Shown piece by piece: positions 38,901-53,900 of a stretch of DNA of 64,000 nucleotides; within the stretch, counting starts at the first letter, position 1, and each line of letters opens with the position of its first letter. Source of the stretch: Eledone cirrhosa (Eukaryota); NCBI GenBank assembly GCA_964016885.1, contig OZ024758.1, forward strand, positions 35,960,001-36,024,000, in the 5' to 3' direction. The position numbers and the translations under genes are program-made. Under the pieces are notes generated by a model. That model was given only the letters and a program-made list of their open reading frames with translations, was not told the origin of the DNA and searched no databases.

Positions 38901-41900
38901 GTTCATGGTATTAGCTGGCAGAAGTAACTCCACTGTTGGTGAGAATTCATTTAAGTTCATGGTATTAGCTGTCAGAAGTAACTCCACTGTTGGTGAGAAT
39001 TCATTTAAGTTCATGGTATTAGCTGTCAGAAGTAACTCCACTGTTGGTGAGAATTCATTTAAGTTCATGGTATTAGCTGTCAGAAGTAACTCCACTGTTG
39101 GTGAGAATTCATTAAAGTTCATGGTATTAGCTGTCAGAAGGAACTCCAATGTTGGTGAGAATTCATTTAAGTTCATGGTATTAGCTGTCAGAAGTAACTC
39201 CACTGTTGGTGAGAATTCATTTAAGTTCATGGTATTAGCTGTCAGAAGGAACTCCAATGTTGGTGAGAATTCATTTAAGTCATGGTACTAGCTGTCAGAA
39301 GTAACTCCACTGTTGGTGAGAATTCATTTAAGTTCATGGTATTAGCTGTCAGAAGGAACGCCACTGTTGGTGAGAATTCATTTAAATTCATGGTATTAGC
39401 TGTCAGAAGTAACTCCACTGTTGGTGAGAATTCATTTAAGTTCATGGTACTAGCTGTCAGAAGTAACTCCAATGTTGGTGAGAATTCATTTAAGTTCATG
39501 GTATTAGCTGTCAGAAGTAACTCCACTGTTGGTGAGAATTCATTTAAGTTCATGGTATTAGCTGTCAGAAGTCACTCCAATGTTGGTGAGAATTCATTTA
39601 AGTCATGGTACTAGCTGTCAGAAGTAACTCCACTGTTGGTGAGAATTCATTTAAGTTCATTGTATTAGCTGTCAGAAGGAACGCCACTGTTGGTGAGAAT
39701 TCATTTAAGTTCATGGTATTAGCTGTCAGAAGTAACTCCACTGTTGGTGAGAATTCATTTAAGTTCATGGTACTAGCTGTCAGAAGTAACTCCAATGTTG
39801 GTGAGAATTCATTTAAGTTCATGGTATTAGCTGTCAGAAGGAACTCCACTGTTGCTGAGAATTCATTTAAGTTCATGGCATTAGCTGTCAGAAGTAACTC
39901 CACTGTTGGTGAGAATTCATTTAAGTTCATGGTACTAGCTGTCAGAAGTCACTCCACTGTTGGTGAGAATACATTTAAGTTCATGGTACTAGCTGTCAGA
40001 AGTAACCCCAATGTTGGTGAGAATTCATTTAAGTTCATGGTATTAGCTGTCAGAAGTCACTCCAATGTTGGTGAGAATTCATTTAAGTTCATGGTATTAG
40101 CTGTCAGAAGTAACTCCACTGTTGGTAAGAATTCATTTAAGTTCATGGTATTAGCTGTCAGAAGTAACTCCACTGTTGGTGAGAATTCATTTAAGTTCAT
40201 GGTATTAGCTGTCAGAAGGAACGCCACTGTTGGTGAGAATTCATTTAAGTTCATGGTATTAGCTGTCAGAAGTAACTCCACTGTTGGTGAGAATTCATTT
40301 AAGTTCATGGTACTAGCTGTCAGAAGTAACTCCACTGTTGGTGAGAATTCATTTAAGTTCATGGTATTAGCTGTCAGAAGTCACTCCAATGTTGGTGAGA
40401 ATTCATTTAAGTTCATGGTATTAGCTGTCAGAAGTCACTCCACTGTTGGTGAGAATTCATTTAAGTTCATGGTACTAGCTGTCAGAAGTAACCCCAATGT
40501 TGGTGAGAATTCATTTAAGTTCATGGTATTAGCTGTCAGAAGTCACTCCAATGTTGGTGTGAATTCATTTAAGTTCATGGTATTAGCTGTCAGAAGTAAC
40601 TCCACTGTTGGTGAGAATTCATTTAAGTTCATGGTATTAGCTGTCAGAAGTAACTCCACTGTTGGTGAGAATTCATTTAAGTTCATGGTATTAGCTGTCA
40701 GAAGTAACTCCACTGTTGGTGAGAATTCATTTAAGTCATGGTATTAGCTGTCAGAAGTAACTCCAATGTTGGTGAGAATTCATTTAAGTTCATGGTATTA
40801 GCTGTCAGAAGTCACTCCACTGTTGGTGAGAATTCATTTAAGTTCATGGTACTAGCTTTCAGAAGTAACCCCAATGTTGGTGAGAATTCATTTAAGTTCA
40901 TGGTATTAGCTGTCAGAAGTCACTCCAATGTTGGTGAGAATTCATTTAAGTTCATGGTATTAGCTGTCAGAAGTAACTCCACTGTTGGTGAGAATTCATT
41001 TAAGTTCATGGTATTAGCTGTCAGAAGTAACTCCACTGTTGGTGAGAATTCATTTAAGTTCATTGTATTAGCTGTCAGAAGGAACGCCACTGTTGGTGAG
41101 AATTCATTTAAGTTCATGGTATTAGCTGTCAGAAGTAACTCCACTGTTGGTGAGAATTCATTTAAGTTCATGGTACTAGCTGTCAGAAGTAACTCCAATG
41201 TTGGTGAGAATTCATTTAAGTTCATGGTATTAGCTGTCAGAAGGAACTCCACTGTTGCTGAGAATTCATTTAAGTTCATGGTATTAGCTGTCAGAAGTAA
41301 CTCCACTGTTGGTGAGAATTCATTTAAGTTCATGGTACTAGCTGTCAGAAGTCACTCCACTGTTGGTGAGAATACATTTAAGTTCATGGTACTAGCTGTC
41401 AGAAGTAACCCCAATGTTGGTGAGAATTCATTTAAGTTCATGGTATTAGCCGTCAGAAGTAACTCCACTGTTGGTAAGAATTAATTTAAGTTCATGGTAT
41501 TAGCTGTCAGAAGTAACTCCACTGTTGGTGTGAATTCATTTAAGTTCATGGTATTAGCTGTCAGAAGGAACGCCACTGTTGGTGAGAATTCATTTAAGTT
41601 CATGGTATTAGCTGTCAGAAGTAACTCCACTGTTGGTGAGAATTCATTTAAGTTCATGGTACTAGCTGTCAGAAGTAACTCCACTGTTGGTGAGAATTCA
41701 TTTAAGTTCATGGTATTAGCTGTCAGAAGTCACTCCAATGTTGGTGAGAATTCATTTAAGTTCATGGTATTAGCTGTCAGAAGTCACTCCACTGTTGGTG
41801 AGAATTCATTTAAGTTCATGGTACTAGCTGTCAGAAGTAACCCCAATGTTGGTGAGAATTCATTTAAGTTCATGGTATTAGCTGTCAGAAGTCACTCCAA

Positions 41901-44900
41901 TGTTGGTGAGAATTCATTTAAGTTCATGGTATTAGCTGTCAGAAGTCACTCCACTGTTGGTGAGAATTCATTTAAGTTCATGGTACTAGCTGTCAGAAGT
42001 AACCCCAATGTTGGTGAGAATTCATTTAAGTTCATGGTATTAGCTGTCAGAAGTCACTCCAATGTTGGTGAGAATTCATTTAAGTTCATGGTATTAGCTG
42101 TCAGAAGTAACTCCACTGTTGGTGAGAATTCATTTAAGTTCATGGTATTAGCTGTCAGAAGTAACTCCACTGTTGGTGAGAATTCATTTAAGTTCATGGT
42201 ATTAGCTGTCAGAAGTAACTCCACTGTTGGTGAGAATTCATTTAAGTCATGGTATTAGCTGTCAGAAGTAACTCCAATGTTGGTGAGAATTCATTTAAGT
42301 TCATGGTATTAGCTGTCAGAAGTCACTCCACTGTTGGTGAGAATTCATTTAAGTTCATGGTACTAGCTGTCAGAAGTAACCCCAATGTTGGTGAGAATTC
42401 ATTTAAGTTCATGGTATTAGCTGTCAGAAGTCACTCCAATGTTGGTGAGAATTCATTTAAGTTCATGGTATTAGCTGTCAGAAGTAACTCCACTGTTGGT
42501 GAGAATTCATTTAAGTTCATGGTATTAGCTGTCAGAAGTAACTCCACTGTTGGTGAGAATTCATTTAAGTTCATTGTATTAGCTGTCAGAAGGAACGCCA
42601 CTGTTGGTGAGAATTCATTTAAGTTCATGGTATTAGCTGTCAGAAGTAACTCCACTGTTGGTGAGAATTCATTTAAGTTCATGGTACTAGCTGTCAGAAG
42701 TAACTCCAATGTTGGTGAGAATTCATTTAAGTTCATGGTATTAGCTGTCAGAAGGAACTCCACTGTTGCTGAGAATTCATTTAAGTTCATGGTATTAGCT
42801 GTCAGAAGTAACTCCACTGTTGGTGAGAATTCATTTAAGTTCATGGTACTAGCTGTCAGAAGTCACTCCACTGTTGGTGAGAATACATTTAAGTTCATGG
42901 TACTAGCTGTCAGAAGTAACCCCAATGTTGGTGAGAATTCATTTAAGTTCATGGTATTAGCTGTCAGAAGTCACTCCAATGTTGGTGAGAATTCATTTAA
43001 GTTCATGGTATTAGCTGTCAGAAGTAACTCCACTGTTGGTAAGAATTCATTTAAGTTCATGGTATTAGCTGTCAGAAGTAACTCCACTGTTGATGAGAAT
43101 TCATTTAAGTTCATGGTATTAGCTGTCAGAAGGAACGCCACTGTTGGTGAGAATTCATTTAAGTTCATGGTATTAGCTGTCAGAAGTAACTCCACTGTTG
43201 GTGAGAATTCATTTAAGTTCATGGTACTAGCTGTCAGAAGTAACTCCACTGTTGGTGAGAATTCATTTAAGTTCATGGTATTAGCTGTCAGAAGTCACTC
43301 CAATGTTGGTGAGAATTCATTTAAGTTCATGGTATTAGCTGTCAGAAGTCACTCCACTGTTGGTGAGAATTCATTTAAGTTCATGGTACTAGCTGTCAGA
43401 AGTAACCCCAATGTTGGTGAGAATTCATTTAAGTTCATGGTATTAGCTGTCAGAAGTCACTCCAATGTTGGTGAGAATTCATTTAAGTTCATGGTATTAG
43501 CTGTCAGAAGTAACTCCACTGTTGGTGAGAATTCATTTAAGTTCATGGTATTAGCTGTCAGAAGTAACTCCACTGTTGGTGAGAATTCATTTAAGTTCAT
43601 GGTATTAGCTGTCAGAAGTAACTCCACTGTTGGTGAGAATTCATTTAAGTCATGGTATTAGCTGTCAGAAGTAACTCCAATGTTGGTGAGAATTCATTTA
43701 AGTTCATGGTATTAGCTGTCAGAAGTCACTCCACTGTTGGTGAGAATTCATTTAAGTTCATGGTACTAGCTGTCAGAAGTAACCCCAATGTTGGTGAGAA
43801 TTCATTTAAGTTCATGGTATTAGCTGTCAGAAGTCACTCCAATGTTGGTGAGAATTCATTTAAGTTCATGGTATTAGCTGTCAGAAGTCACTCCACTGTT
43901 GGTGAGAATTCATTTAAGTTCATGGTACTAGCTGTCAGAAGTAACCCCAATGTTGGTGAGAATTCATTTAAGTTCATGGTATTAGCTGTCAGAAGTCACT
44001 CCAATGTTGGTGAGAATTCATTTAAGTTCATGGTATTAGCTGTCAGAAGTAACTCCACTGTTGGTGAGAATTCATTTAAGTTCATGGTATTAGCTGTCAG
44101 AAGTAACTCCACTGTTGGTGAGAATTCATTTAAGTTCATGGTATTAGCTGTCAGAAGTCACTCCACTGTTGGTGAGAATTCATTTAAGTTCATGGTACTA
44201 GCTGTCAGAAGTAACTCCACTGTTGGTGAGAATTCATTTAAGTTCATGGTATTAGCTGTCAGAAGTCACTCCAATGTTGGTGAGAATTCATTTAAGTTCA
44301 TGGTACTAGCTGTCAGAAGTAACCCCAATGTTGGTGAGAATTCATTTAAGTTCATGGTATTAGCTGTCAGAAGTCACTCCAATGTTGGTGAGAATTCATT
44401 TAAGTTCATGGTATTAGCTGTCAGAAGTAACTCCACTGTTGGTGAGAATTCATTTAAGTTCATGGTATTAGCTGTCAGAAGTAACTCCACTGTTGGTGAG
44501 AATTCATTTAAGTTCATTGTATTAGCTGTCAGAAGGAACGCCACTGTTGGTGAGAATTCATTTAAGTTCATGGTATTAGCTGTCAGAAGTAACTCCACTG
44601 TTGGTGAGAATTCATTTAAGTTCATGGTACTAGCTGTCAGAAGTAACTCCAATGTTGGTGAGAATTCATTTAAGTTCATGGTATTAGCTGTCAGAAGGAA
44701 CTCCACTGTTGCTGAGAATTCATTTAAGTTCATGGTATTAGCTGTCAGAAGTAACTCCACTGTTGGTGAGAATTCATTTAAGTTCATGGTACTAGCTGTC
44801 AGAAGTCACTCCACTGTTGGTGAGAATACATTTAAGTTCATGGTACTAGCTGTCAGAAGTAACCCCAATGTTGGTGAGAATTCATTTAAGTTCATGGTAT

Positions 44901-47900
44901 TAGCTGTCAGAAGTCACTCCAATGTTGGTGAGAATTCATTTAAGTTCATGGTATTAGCTGTCAGAAGTAACTCCACTGTTGGTAAGAATTCATTTAAGTT
45001 CATGGTATTAGCTGTCAGAAGTAACTCCACTGTTGATGAGAATTCATTTAAGTTCATGGTATTAGCTGTCAGAAGGAACGCCACTGTTGGTGAGAATTCA
45101 TTTAAGTTCATGGTATTAGCTGTCAGAAGTAACTCCACTGTTGGTGAGAATTCATTTAAGTTCATGGTACTAGCTGTCAGAAGTAACTCCACTGTTGGTG
45201 AGAATTCATTTAAGTTCATGGTATTAGCTGTCAGAAGTCACTCCAATGTTGGTGAGAATTCATTTAAGTTCATGGTATTAGCTGTCAGAAGTCACTCCAC
45301 TGTTGGTGAGAATTCATTTAAGTTCATGGTACTAGCTGTCAGAAGTAACCCCAATGTTGGTGAGAATTCATTTAAGTTCATGGTATTAGCTGTCAGAAGT
45401 AACTCCACTGTTGGTGAGAATTCATTTAAGTTCATGGTACTAGCTGTCAGAAGTAACTCCACTGTTGGTGAGAATTCATTTAAGTTCATGGTATTAGCTG
45501 TCAGAAGTCACTCCAATGTTGGTGAGAATTCATTTAAGTTCATGGTATTAGCTGTCAGAAGTCACTCCACTGTTGGTGAGAATTCATTTAAGTTCATGGT
45601 ACTAGCTGTCAGAAGTAACCCCAATGTTGGTGAGAATTCATTTAAGTTCATGGTATTAGCTGTCAGAAGTCACTCCAATGTTGGTGAGAATTCATTTAAG
45701 TTCATGGTATTAGCTGTCAGAAGTAACTCCACTGTTGGTGAGAATTCATTTAAGTTCATGGTATTAGCTGTCAGAAGTAACTCCACTGTTGGTGAGAATT
45801 CATTTAAGTTCATGGTATTAGCTGTCAGAAGTAACTCCACTGTTGGTGAGAATTCATTTAAGTCATGGTATTAGCTGTCAGAAGTAACTCCAATGTTGGT
45901 GAGAATTCATTTAAGTTCATGTTATTAGCTGTCAGAAGTCACTCCACTGTTGGTGAGAATTCATTTAAGTTCATGGTACTAGCTGTCAGAAGTAACCCCA
46001 ATGTTGGTGAGAATTCATTTAAGTTCATGGTATTAGCTGTCAGAAGTCACTCCAATGTTGGTGAGAATTCATTTAAGTTCATGGTATTAGCTGTCAGAAG
46101 TCACTCCACTGTTGGTGAGAATTCATTTAAGTTCATGGTACTAGCTGTCAGAAGTAACCCCAATGTTGGTGAGAATTCATTTAAGTTCATGGTATTAGCT
46201 GTCAGAAGTCACTCCAATGTTGGTGAGAATTCATTTAAGTTCATGGTATTAGCTGTCAGAAGTAACTCCACTGTTGGTGAGAATTCATTTAAGTTCATGG
46301 TATTAGCTGTCAGAAGTAACTCCACTGTTGGTAAGAATTCATTTAAGTTCATGGTATTAGCTGTCAGAAGTAACTCCACTGTTGGTGAGAATTCATTTAA
46401 GTTCATGGTATTAGCTGTCAGAAGTAACTCCACTGTTGGTGAGAATTCATTTAAGTCATGGTATTAGCTGTCAGAAGTAACTCCACTGTTGCTGAGAATT
46501 CATTTAAGTTCATGGTATTAGCTGTCAGAAGTAACTCCACTGTTGGTGAGAATTCATTTAAGTTCATGGTACTAGCTGTCAGAAGTCACTCCACTGTTGG
46601 TGAGAATACATTTAAGTTCATGGTACTAGCTGTCAGAAGTAACCCCAATGTTGGTGAGAATTCATTTAAGTTCATGGTATTAGCTGTCAGAAGTCACTCC
46701 ACTGTTGGTAAGAATTCATTTAAGTTCATGGTATTAGCTGTCAGAAGTAACTCCACTGTTGGTGAGAATTCATTTAAGTTCATGGTATTAGCTGTCAGAA
46801 GGAACGCCACTGTTGGTGAGAATTCATTTAAGTTCATGGTATTAGCTGTCAGAAGTCACTCCACTGTTGGTGAGAATTCATTTAAGTTCATGGTACTAGC
46901 TGTCAGAAGTAACCCCAATGTTGGTGAGAATTCATTTAAGTTCATGGTATTAGCTGTCAGAAGTCACTCCAATGTTGGTGAGAATTCATTTAAGTTCATG
47001 GTATTAGCTGTCAGAAGTAACTCCACTGTTGGTGAGAATTCATTTAAGTTCATGGTATTAGCTGTCAGAAGTAACTCCACTGTTGGTGAGAATTCATTTA
47101 AGTTCATGGTATTAGCTGTCAGAAGTAACTCCACTGTTGGTGAGAATTCATTTAAGTCATGGTATTAGCTGTCAGAAGTAACTCCAATGTTGGTGAGAAT
47201 TCATTTAAGTTCATGGTATTAGCTGTCAGAAGTCACTCCACTGTTGGTGAGAATTCATTTAAGTTCATGGTATTAGCTGTCAGAAGTAACTCCACTGTTG
47301 GTGAGAATTCATTTAAGTTCATGGTATTAGCTGTCAGAAGTAACTCCATTGTTGGTGAGAATTCATTTAAGTTCATGGTATTAGCTGTCAGAAGGAACTC
47401 CAATGTTGGTGAGAATTCATTTAAGTCATGGTACTAGCTGTCAGAATTAACTCCACTGTTGGTGAGAATTCATTTAAGTTCATGGTATTAGCTGTCAGAA
47501 GGAACGCCACTGTTGGTGAGAATTCATTTAAATTCATGGTATTAGCTGTCAGAAGTAACTCCACTGTTGGTGAGAATTCATTTAAGTTCATGGTACTAGC
47601 TGTCAGAAGTAACTCCAATGTTGGTGAGAATTCATTTAAGTTCATGGTATTAGCTGTCAGAAGTAACTCCACTGTTGGTGAGAATTCATTTAAGTTCATG
47701 GTATTAGCTGTCAGAAGTCACTCCAATGTTGGTGAGAATTCATTTAAGTCATGGTACTAGCTGTCAGAAGTAACTCCACTGTTGGTGAGAATTCATTTAA
47801 GTTCATTGTATTAGCTGTCAGAAGGAACGCCACTGTTGGTGAGAATTCATTTAAGTTCATGGTATTAGCTGTCAGAAGTAACTCCACTGTTGGTGAGAAT

Positions 47901-50900
47901 TCATTTAAGTTCATGGTACTAGCTGTCAGAAGTAACTCCAATGTTGGTGAGAATTCATTTAAGTTCATGGTATTAGCTGTCAGAAGGAACTCCACTGTTG
48001 CTGAGAATTCATTTAAGTTCATGGTATTAGCTGTCAGAAGTAACTCCACTGTTGGTGAGAATTCATTTAAGTTCATGGTACTAGCTGTCAGAAGTCACTC
48101 CACTGTTGGTGAGAATACATTTAAGTTCATGGTACTAGCTGTCAGAAGTAACCCCAATGTTGGTGAGAATTCATTTAAGTTCATGGTATTAGCTGTCAGA
48201 AGTCACTCCAATGTTGGTGAGAATTCATTTAAGTTCATGGTATTAGCTGTCAGAAGTAACTCCACTGTTGGTAAGAATTCATTTAAGTTCATGGTATTAG
48301 CTGTCAGAAGTAACTCCACTGTTGGTGAGAATTCATTTAAGTTCATGGTATTAGCTGTCAGAAGGAACGCCACTGTTGGTGAGAATTCATTTAAGTTCAT
48401 GGTATTAGCTGTCAGAAGTAACTCCACTGTTGGTGAGAATTCATTTAAGTTCATGGTATTAGCTGGCAGAAGTAACTCCACTGTTGGTGAGAATTCATTT
48501 AAGTTCATGGTATTAGCTGTCAGAAGTAACTCCACTGTTGGTGAGAATTCATTTAAGTTCATGGTATTAGCTGTCAGAAGTAACTCCACTGTTGGTGAGA
48601 ATTCATTTAAGTTCATGGTATTAGCTGTCAGAAGTAACTCCACTGTTGGTGAGAATTCATTAAAGTTCATGGTATTAGCTGTCAGAAGGAACTCCAATGT
48701 TGGTGAGAATTCATTTAAGTTCATGGTATTAGCTGTCAGAAGTAACTCCACTGTTGGTGAGAATTCATTTAAGTTCATGGTATTAGCTGTCAGAAGGAAC
48801 TCCAATGTTGGTGAGAATTCATTTAAGTCATGGTACTAGCTGTCAGAAGTAACTCCACTGTTGGTGAGAATTCATTTAAGTTCATGGTATTAGCTGTCAG
48901 AAGGAACGCCACTGTTGGTGAGAATTCATTTAAATTCATGGTATTAGCTGTCAGAAGTAACTCCACTGTTGGTGAGAATTCATTTAAGTTCATGGTACTA
49001 GCTGTCAGAAGTAACTCCAATGTTGGTGAGAATTCATTTAAGTTCATGGTATTAGCTGTCAGAAGTAACTCCACTGTTGGTGAGAATTCATTTAAGTTCA
49101 TGGTATTAGCTGTCAGAAGTCACTCCAATGTTGGTGAGAATTCATTTAAGTCATGGTACTAGCTGTCAGAAGTAACTCCACTGTTGGTGAGAATTCATTT
49201 AAGTTCATTGTATTAGCTGTCAGAAGGAACGCCACTGTTGGTGAGAATTCATTTAAGTTCATGGTATTAGCTGTCAGAAGTAACTCCACTGTTGGTGAGA
49301 ATTCATTTAAGTTCATGGTACTAGCTGTCAGAAGTAACTCCAATGTTGGTGAGAATTCATTTAAGTTCATGGTATTAGCTGTCAGAAGGAACTCCACTGT
49401 TGCTGAGAATTCATTTAAGTTCATGGCATTAGCTGTCAGAAGTAACTCCACTGTTGGTGAGAATTCATTTAAGTTCATGGTACTAGCTGTCAGAAGTCAC
49501 TCCACTGTTGGTGAGAATACATTTAAGTTCATGGTACTAGCTGTCAGAAGTAACCCCAATGTTGGTGAGAATTCATTTAAGTTCATGGTATTAGCTGTCA
49601 GAAGTCACTCCAATGTTGGTGAGAATTCATTTAAGTTCATGGTATTAGCTGTCAGAAGTAACTCCACTGTTGGTAAGAATTCATTTAAGTTCATGGTATT
49701 AGCTGTCAGAAGTAACTCCACTGTTGGTGAGAATTCATTTAAGTTCATGGTATTAGCTGTCAGAAGGAACGCCACTGTTGGTGAGAATTCATTTAAGTTC
49801 ATGGTATTAGCTGTCAGAAGTAACTCCACTGTTGGTGAGAATTCATTTAAGTTCATGGTACTAGCTGTCAGAAGTAACTCCACTGTTGGTGAGAATTCAT
49901 TTAAGTTCATGGTATTAGCTGTCAGAAGTCACTCCAATGTTGGTGAGAATTCATTTAAGTTCATGGTATTAGCTGTCAGAAGTCACTCCACTGTTGGTGA
50001 GAATTCATTTAAGTTCATGGTACTAGCTGTCAGAAGTAACCCCAATGTTGGTGAGAATTCATTTAAGTTCATGGTATTAGCTGTCAGAAGTCACTCCAAT
50101 GTTGGTGTGAATTCATTTAAGTTCATGGTATTAGCTGTCAGAAGTAACTCCACTGTTGGTGAGAATTCATTTAAGTTCATGGTATTAGCTGTCAGAAGTA
50201 ACTCCACTGTTGGTGAGAATTCATTTAAGTTCATGGTATTAGCTGTCAGAAGTAACTCCACTGTTGGTGAGAATTCATTTAAGTCATGGTATTAGCTGTC
50301 AGAAGTAACTCCAATGTTGGTGAGAATTCATTTAAGTTCATGGTATTAGCTGTCAGAAGTCACTCCACTGTTGGTGAGAATTCATTTAAGTTCATGGTAC
50401 TAGCTTTCAGAAGTAACCCCAATGTTGGTGAGAATTCATTTAAGTTCATGGTATTAGCTGTCAGAAGTCACTCCAATGTTGGTGAGAATTCATTTAAGTT
50501 CATGGTATTAGCTGTCAGAAGTAACTCCACTGTTGGTGAGAATTCATTTAAGTTCATGGTATTAGCTGTCAGAAGTAACTCCACTGTTGGTGAGAATTCA
50601 TTTAAGTTCATTGTATTAGCTGTCAGAAGGAACGCCACTGTTGGTGAGAATTCATTTAAGTTCATGGTATTAGCTGTCAGAAGTAACTCCACTGTTGGTG
50701 AGAATTCATTTAAGTTCATGGTACTAGCTGTCAGAAGTAACTCCAATGTTGGTGAGAATTCATTTAAGTTCATGGTATTAGCTGTCAGAAGGAACTCCAC
50801 TGTTGCTGAGAATTCATTTAAGTTCATGGTATTAGCTGTCAGAAGTAACTCCACTGTTGGTGAGAATTCATTTAAGTTCATGGTACTAGCTGTCAGAAGT

Positions 50901-53900
50901 CACTCCACTGTTGGTGAGAATACATTTAAGTTCATGGTACTAGCTGTCAGAAGTAACCCCAATGTTGGTGAGAATTCATTTAAGTTCATGGTATTAGCCG
51001 TCAGAAGTAACTCCACTGTTGGTAAGAATTAATTTAAGTTCATGGTATTAGCTGTCAGAAGTAACTCCACTGTTGGTGTGAATTCATTTAAGTTCATGGT
51101 ATTAGCTGTCAGAAGGAACGCCACTGTTGGTGAGAATTCATTTAAGTTCATGGTATTAGCTGTCAGAAGTAACTCCACTGTTGGTGAGAATTCATTTAAG
51201 TTCATGGTACTAGCTGTCAGAAGTAACTCCACTGTTGGTGAGAATTCATTTAAGTTCATGGTATTAGCTGTCAGAAGTCACTCCAATGTTGGTGAGAATT
51301 CATTTAAGTTCATGGTATTAGCTGTCAGAAGTCACTCCACTGTTGGTGAGAATTCATTTAAGTTCATGGTACTAGCTGTCAGAAGTAACCCCAATGTTGG
51401 TGAGAATTCATTTAAGTTCATGGTATTAGCTGTCAGAAGTCACTCCAATGTTGGTGAGAATTCATTTAAGTTCATGGTATTAGCTGTCAGAAGTCACTCC
51501 ACTGTTGGTGAGAATTCATTTAAGTTCATGGTACTAGCTGTCAGAAGTAACCCCAATGTTGGTGAGAATTCATTTAAGTTCATGGTATTAGCTGTCAGAA
51601 GTCACTCCAATGTTGGTGAGAATTCATTTAAGTTCATGGTATTAGCTGTCAGAAGTAACTCCACTGTTGGTGAGAATTCATTTAAGTTCATGGTATTAGC
51701 TGTCAGAAGTAACTCCACTGTTGGTGAGAATTCATTTAAGTTCATGGTATTAGCTGTCAGAAGTAACTCCACTGTTGGTGAGAATTCATTTAAGTCATGG
51801 TATTAGCTGTCAGAAGTAACTCCAATGTTGGTGAGAATTCATTTAAGTTCATGGTATTAGCTGTCAGAAGTCACTCCACTGTTGGTGAGAATTCATTTAA
51901 GTTCATGGTACTAGCTGTCAGAAGTAACCCCAATGTTGGTGAGAATTCATTTAAGTTCATGGTATTAGCTGTCAGAAGTCACTCCAATGTTGGTGAGAAT
52001 TCATTTAAGTTCATGGTATTAGCTGTCAGAAGTAACTCCACTGTTGGTGAGAATTCATTTAAGTTCATGGTATTAGCTGTCAGAAGTAACTCCACTGTTG
52101 GTGAGAATTCATTTAAGTTCATTGTATTAGCTGTCAGAAGGAACGCCACTGTTGGTGAGAATTCATTTAAGTTCATGGTATTAGCTGTCAGAAGTAACTC
52201 CACTGTTGGTGAGAATTCATTTAAGTTCATGGTACTAGCTGTCAGAAGTAACTCCAATGTTGGTGAGAATTCATTTAAGTTCATGGTATTAGCTGTCAGA
52301 AGGAACTCCACTGTTGCTGAGAATTCATTTAAGTTCATGGTATTAGCTGTCAGAAGTAACTCCACTGTTGGTGAGAATTCATTTAAGTTCATGGTACTAG
52401 CTGTCAGAAGTCACTCCACTGTTGGTGAGAATACATTTAAGTTCATGGTACTAGCTGTCAGAAGTAACCCCAATGTTGGTGAGAATTCATTTAAGTTCAT
52501 GGTATTAGCTGTCAGAAGTCACTCCAATGTTGGTGAGAATTCATTTAAGTTCATGGTATTAGCTGTCAGAAGTAACTCCACTGTTGGTAAGAATTCATTT
52601 AAGTTCATGGTATTAGCTGTCAGAAGTAACTCCACTGTTGATGAGAATTCATTTAAGTTCATGGTATTAGCTGTCAGAAGGAACGCCACTGTTGGTGAGA
52701 ATTCATTTAAGTTCATGGTATTAGCTGTCAGAAGTAACTCCACTGTTGGTGAGAATTCATTTAAGTTCATGGTACTAGCTGTCAGAAGTAACTCCACTGT
52801 TGGTGAGAATTCATTTAAGTTCATGGTATTAGCTGTCAGAAGTCACTCCAATGTTGGTGAGAATTCATTTAAGTTCATGGTATTAGCTGTCAGAAGTCAC
52901 TCCACTGTTGGTGAGAATTCATTTAAGTTCATGGTACTAGCTGTCAGAAGTAACCCCAATGTTGGTGAGAATTCATTTAAGTTCATGGTATTAGCTGTCA
53001 GAAGTCACTCCAATGTTGGTGAGAATTCATTTAAGTTCATGGTATTAGCTGTCAGAAGTAACTCCACTGTTGGTGAGAATTCATTTAAGTTCATGGTATT
53101 AGCTGTCAGAAGTAACTCCACTGTTGGTGAGAATTCATTTAAGTTCATGGTATTAGCTGTCAGAAGTAACTCCACTGTTGGTGAGAATTCATTTAAGTCA
53201 TGGTATTAGCTGTCAGAAGTAACTCCAATGTTGGTGAGAATTCATTTAAGTTCATGGTATTAGCTGTCAGAAGTCACTCCACTGTTGGTGAGAATTCATT
53301 TAAGTTCATGGTACTAGCTGTCAGAAGTAACCCCAATGTTGGTGAGAATTCATTTAAGTTCATGGTATTAGCTGTCAGAAGTCACTCCAATGTTGGTGAG
53401 AATTCATTTAAGTTCATGGTATTAGCTGTCAGAAGTCACTCCACTGTTGGTGAGAATTCATTTAAGTTCATGGTACTAGCTGTCAGAAGTAACCCCAATG
53501 TTGGTGAGAATTCATTTAAGTTCATGGTATTAGCTGTCAGAAGTCACTCCAATGTTGGTGAGAATTCATTTAAGTTCATGGTATTAGCTGTCAGAAGTAA
53601 CTCCACTGTTGGTGAGAATTCATTTAAGTTCATGGTATTAGCTGTCAGAAGTAACTCCACTGTTGGTGAGAATTCATTTAAGTTCATGGTATTAGCTGTC
53701 AGAAGTCACTCCACTGTTGGTGAGAATTCATTTAAGTTCATGGTACTAGCTGTCAGAAGTAACTCCACTGTTGGTGAGAATTCATTTAAGTTCATGGTAT
53801 TAGCTGTCAGAAGTCACTCCAATGTTGGTGAGAATTCATTTAAGTTCATGGTACTAGCTGTCAGAAGTAACCCCAATGTTGGTGAGAATTCATTTAAGTT

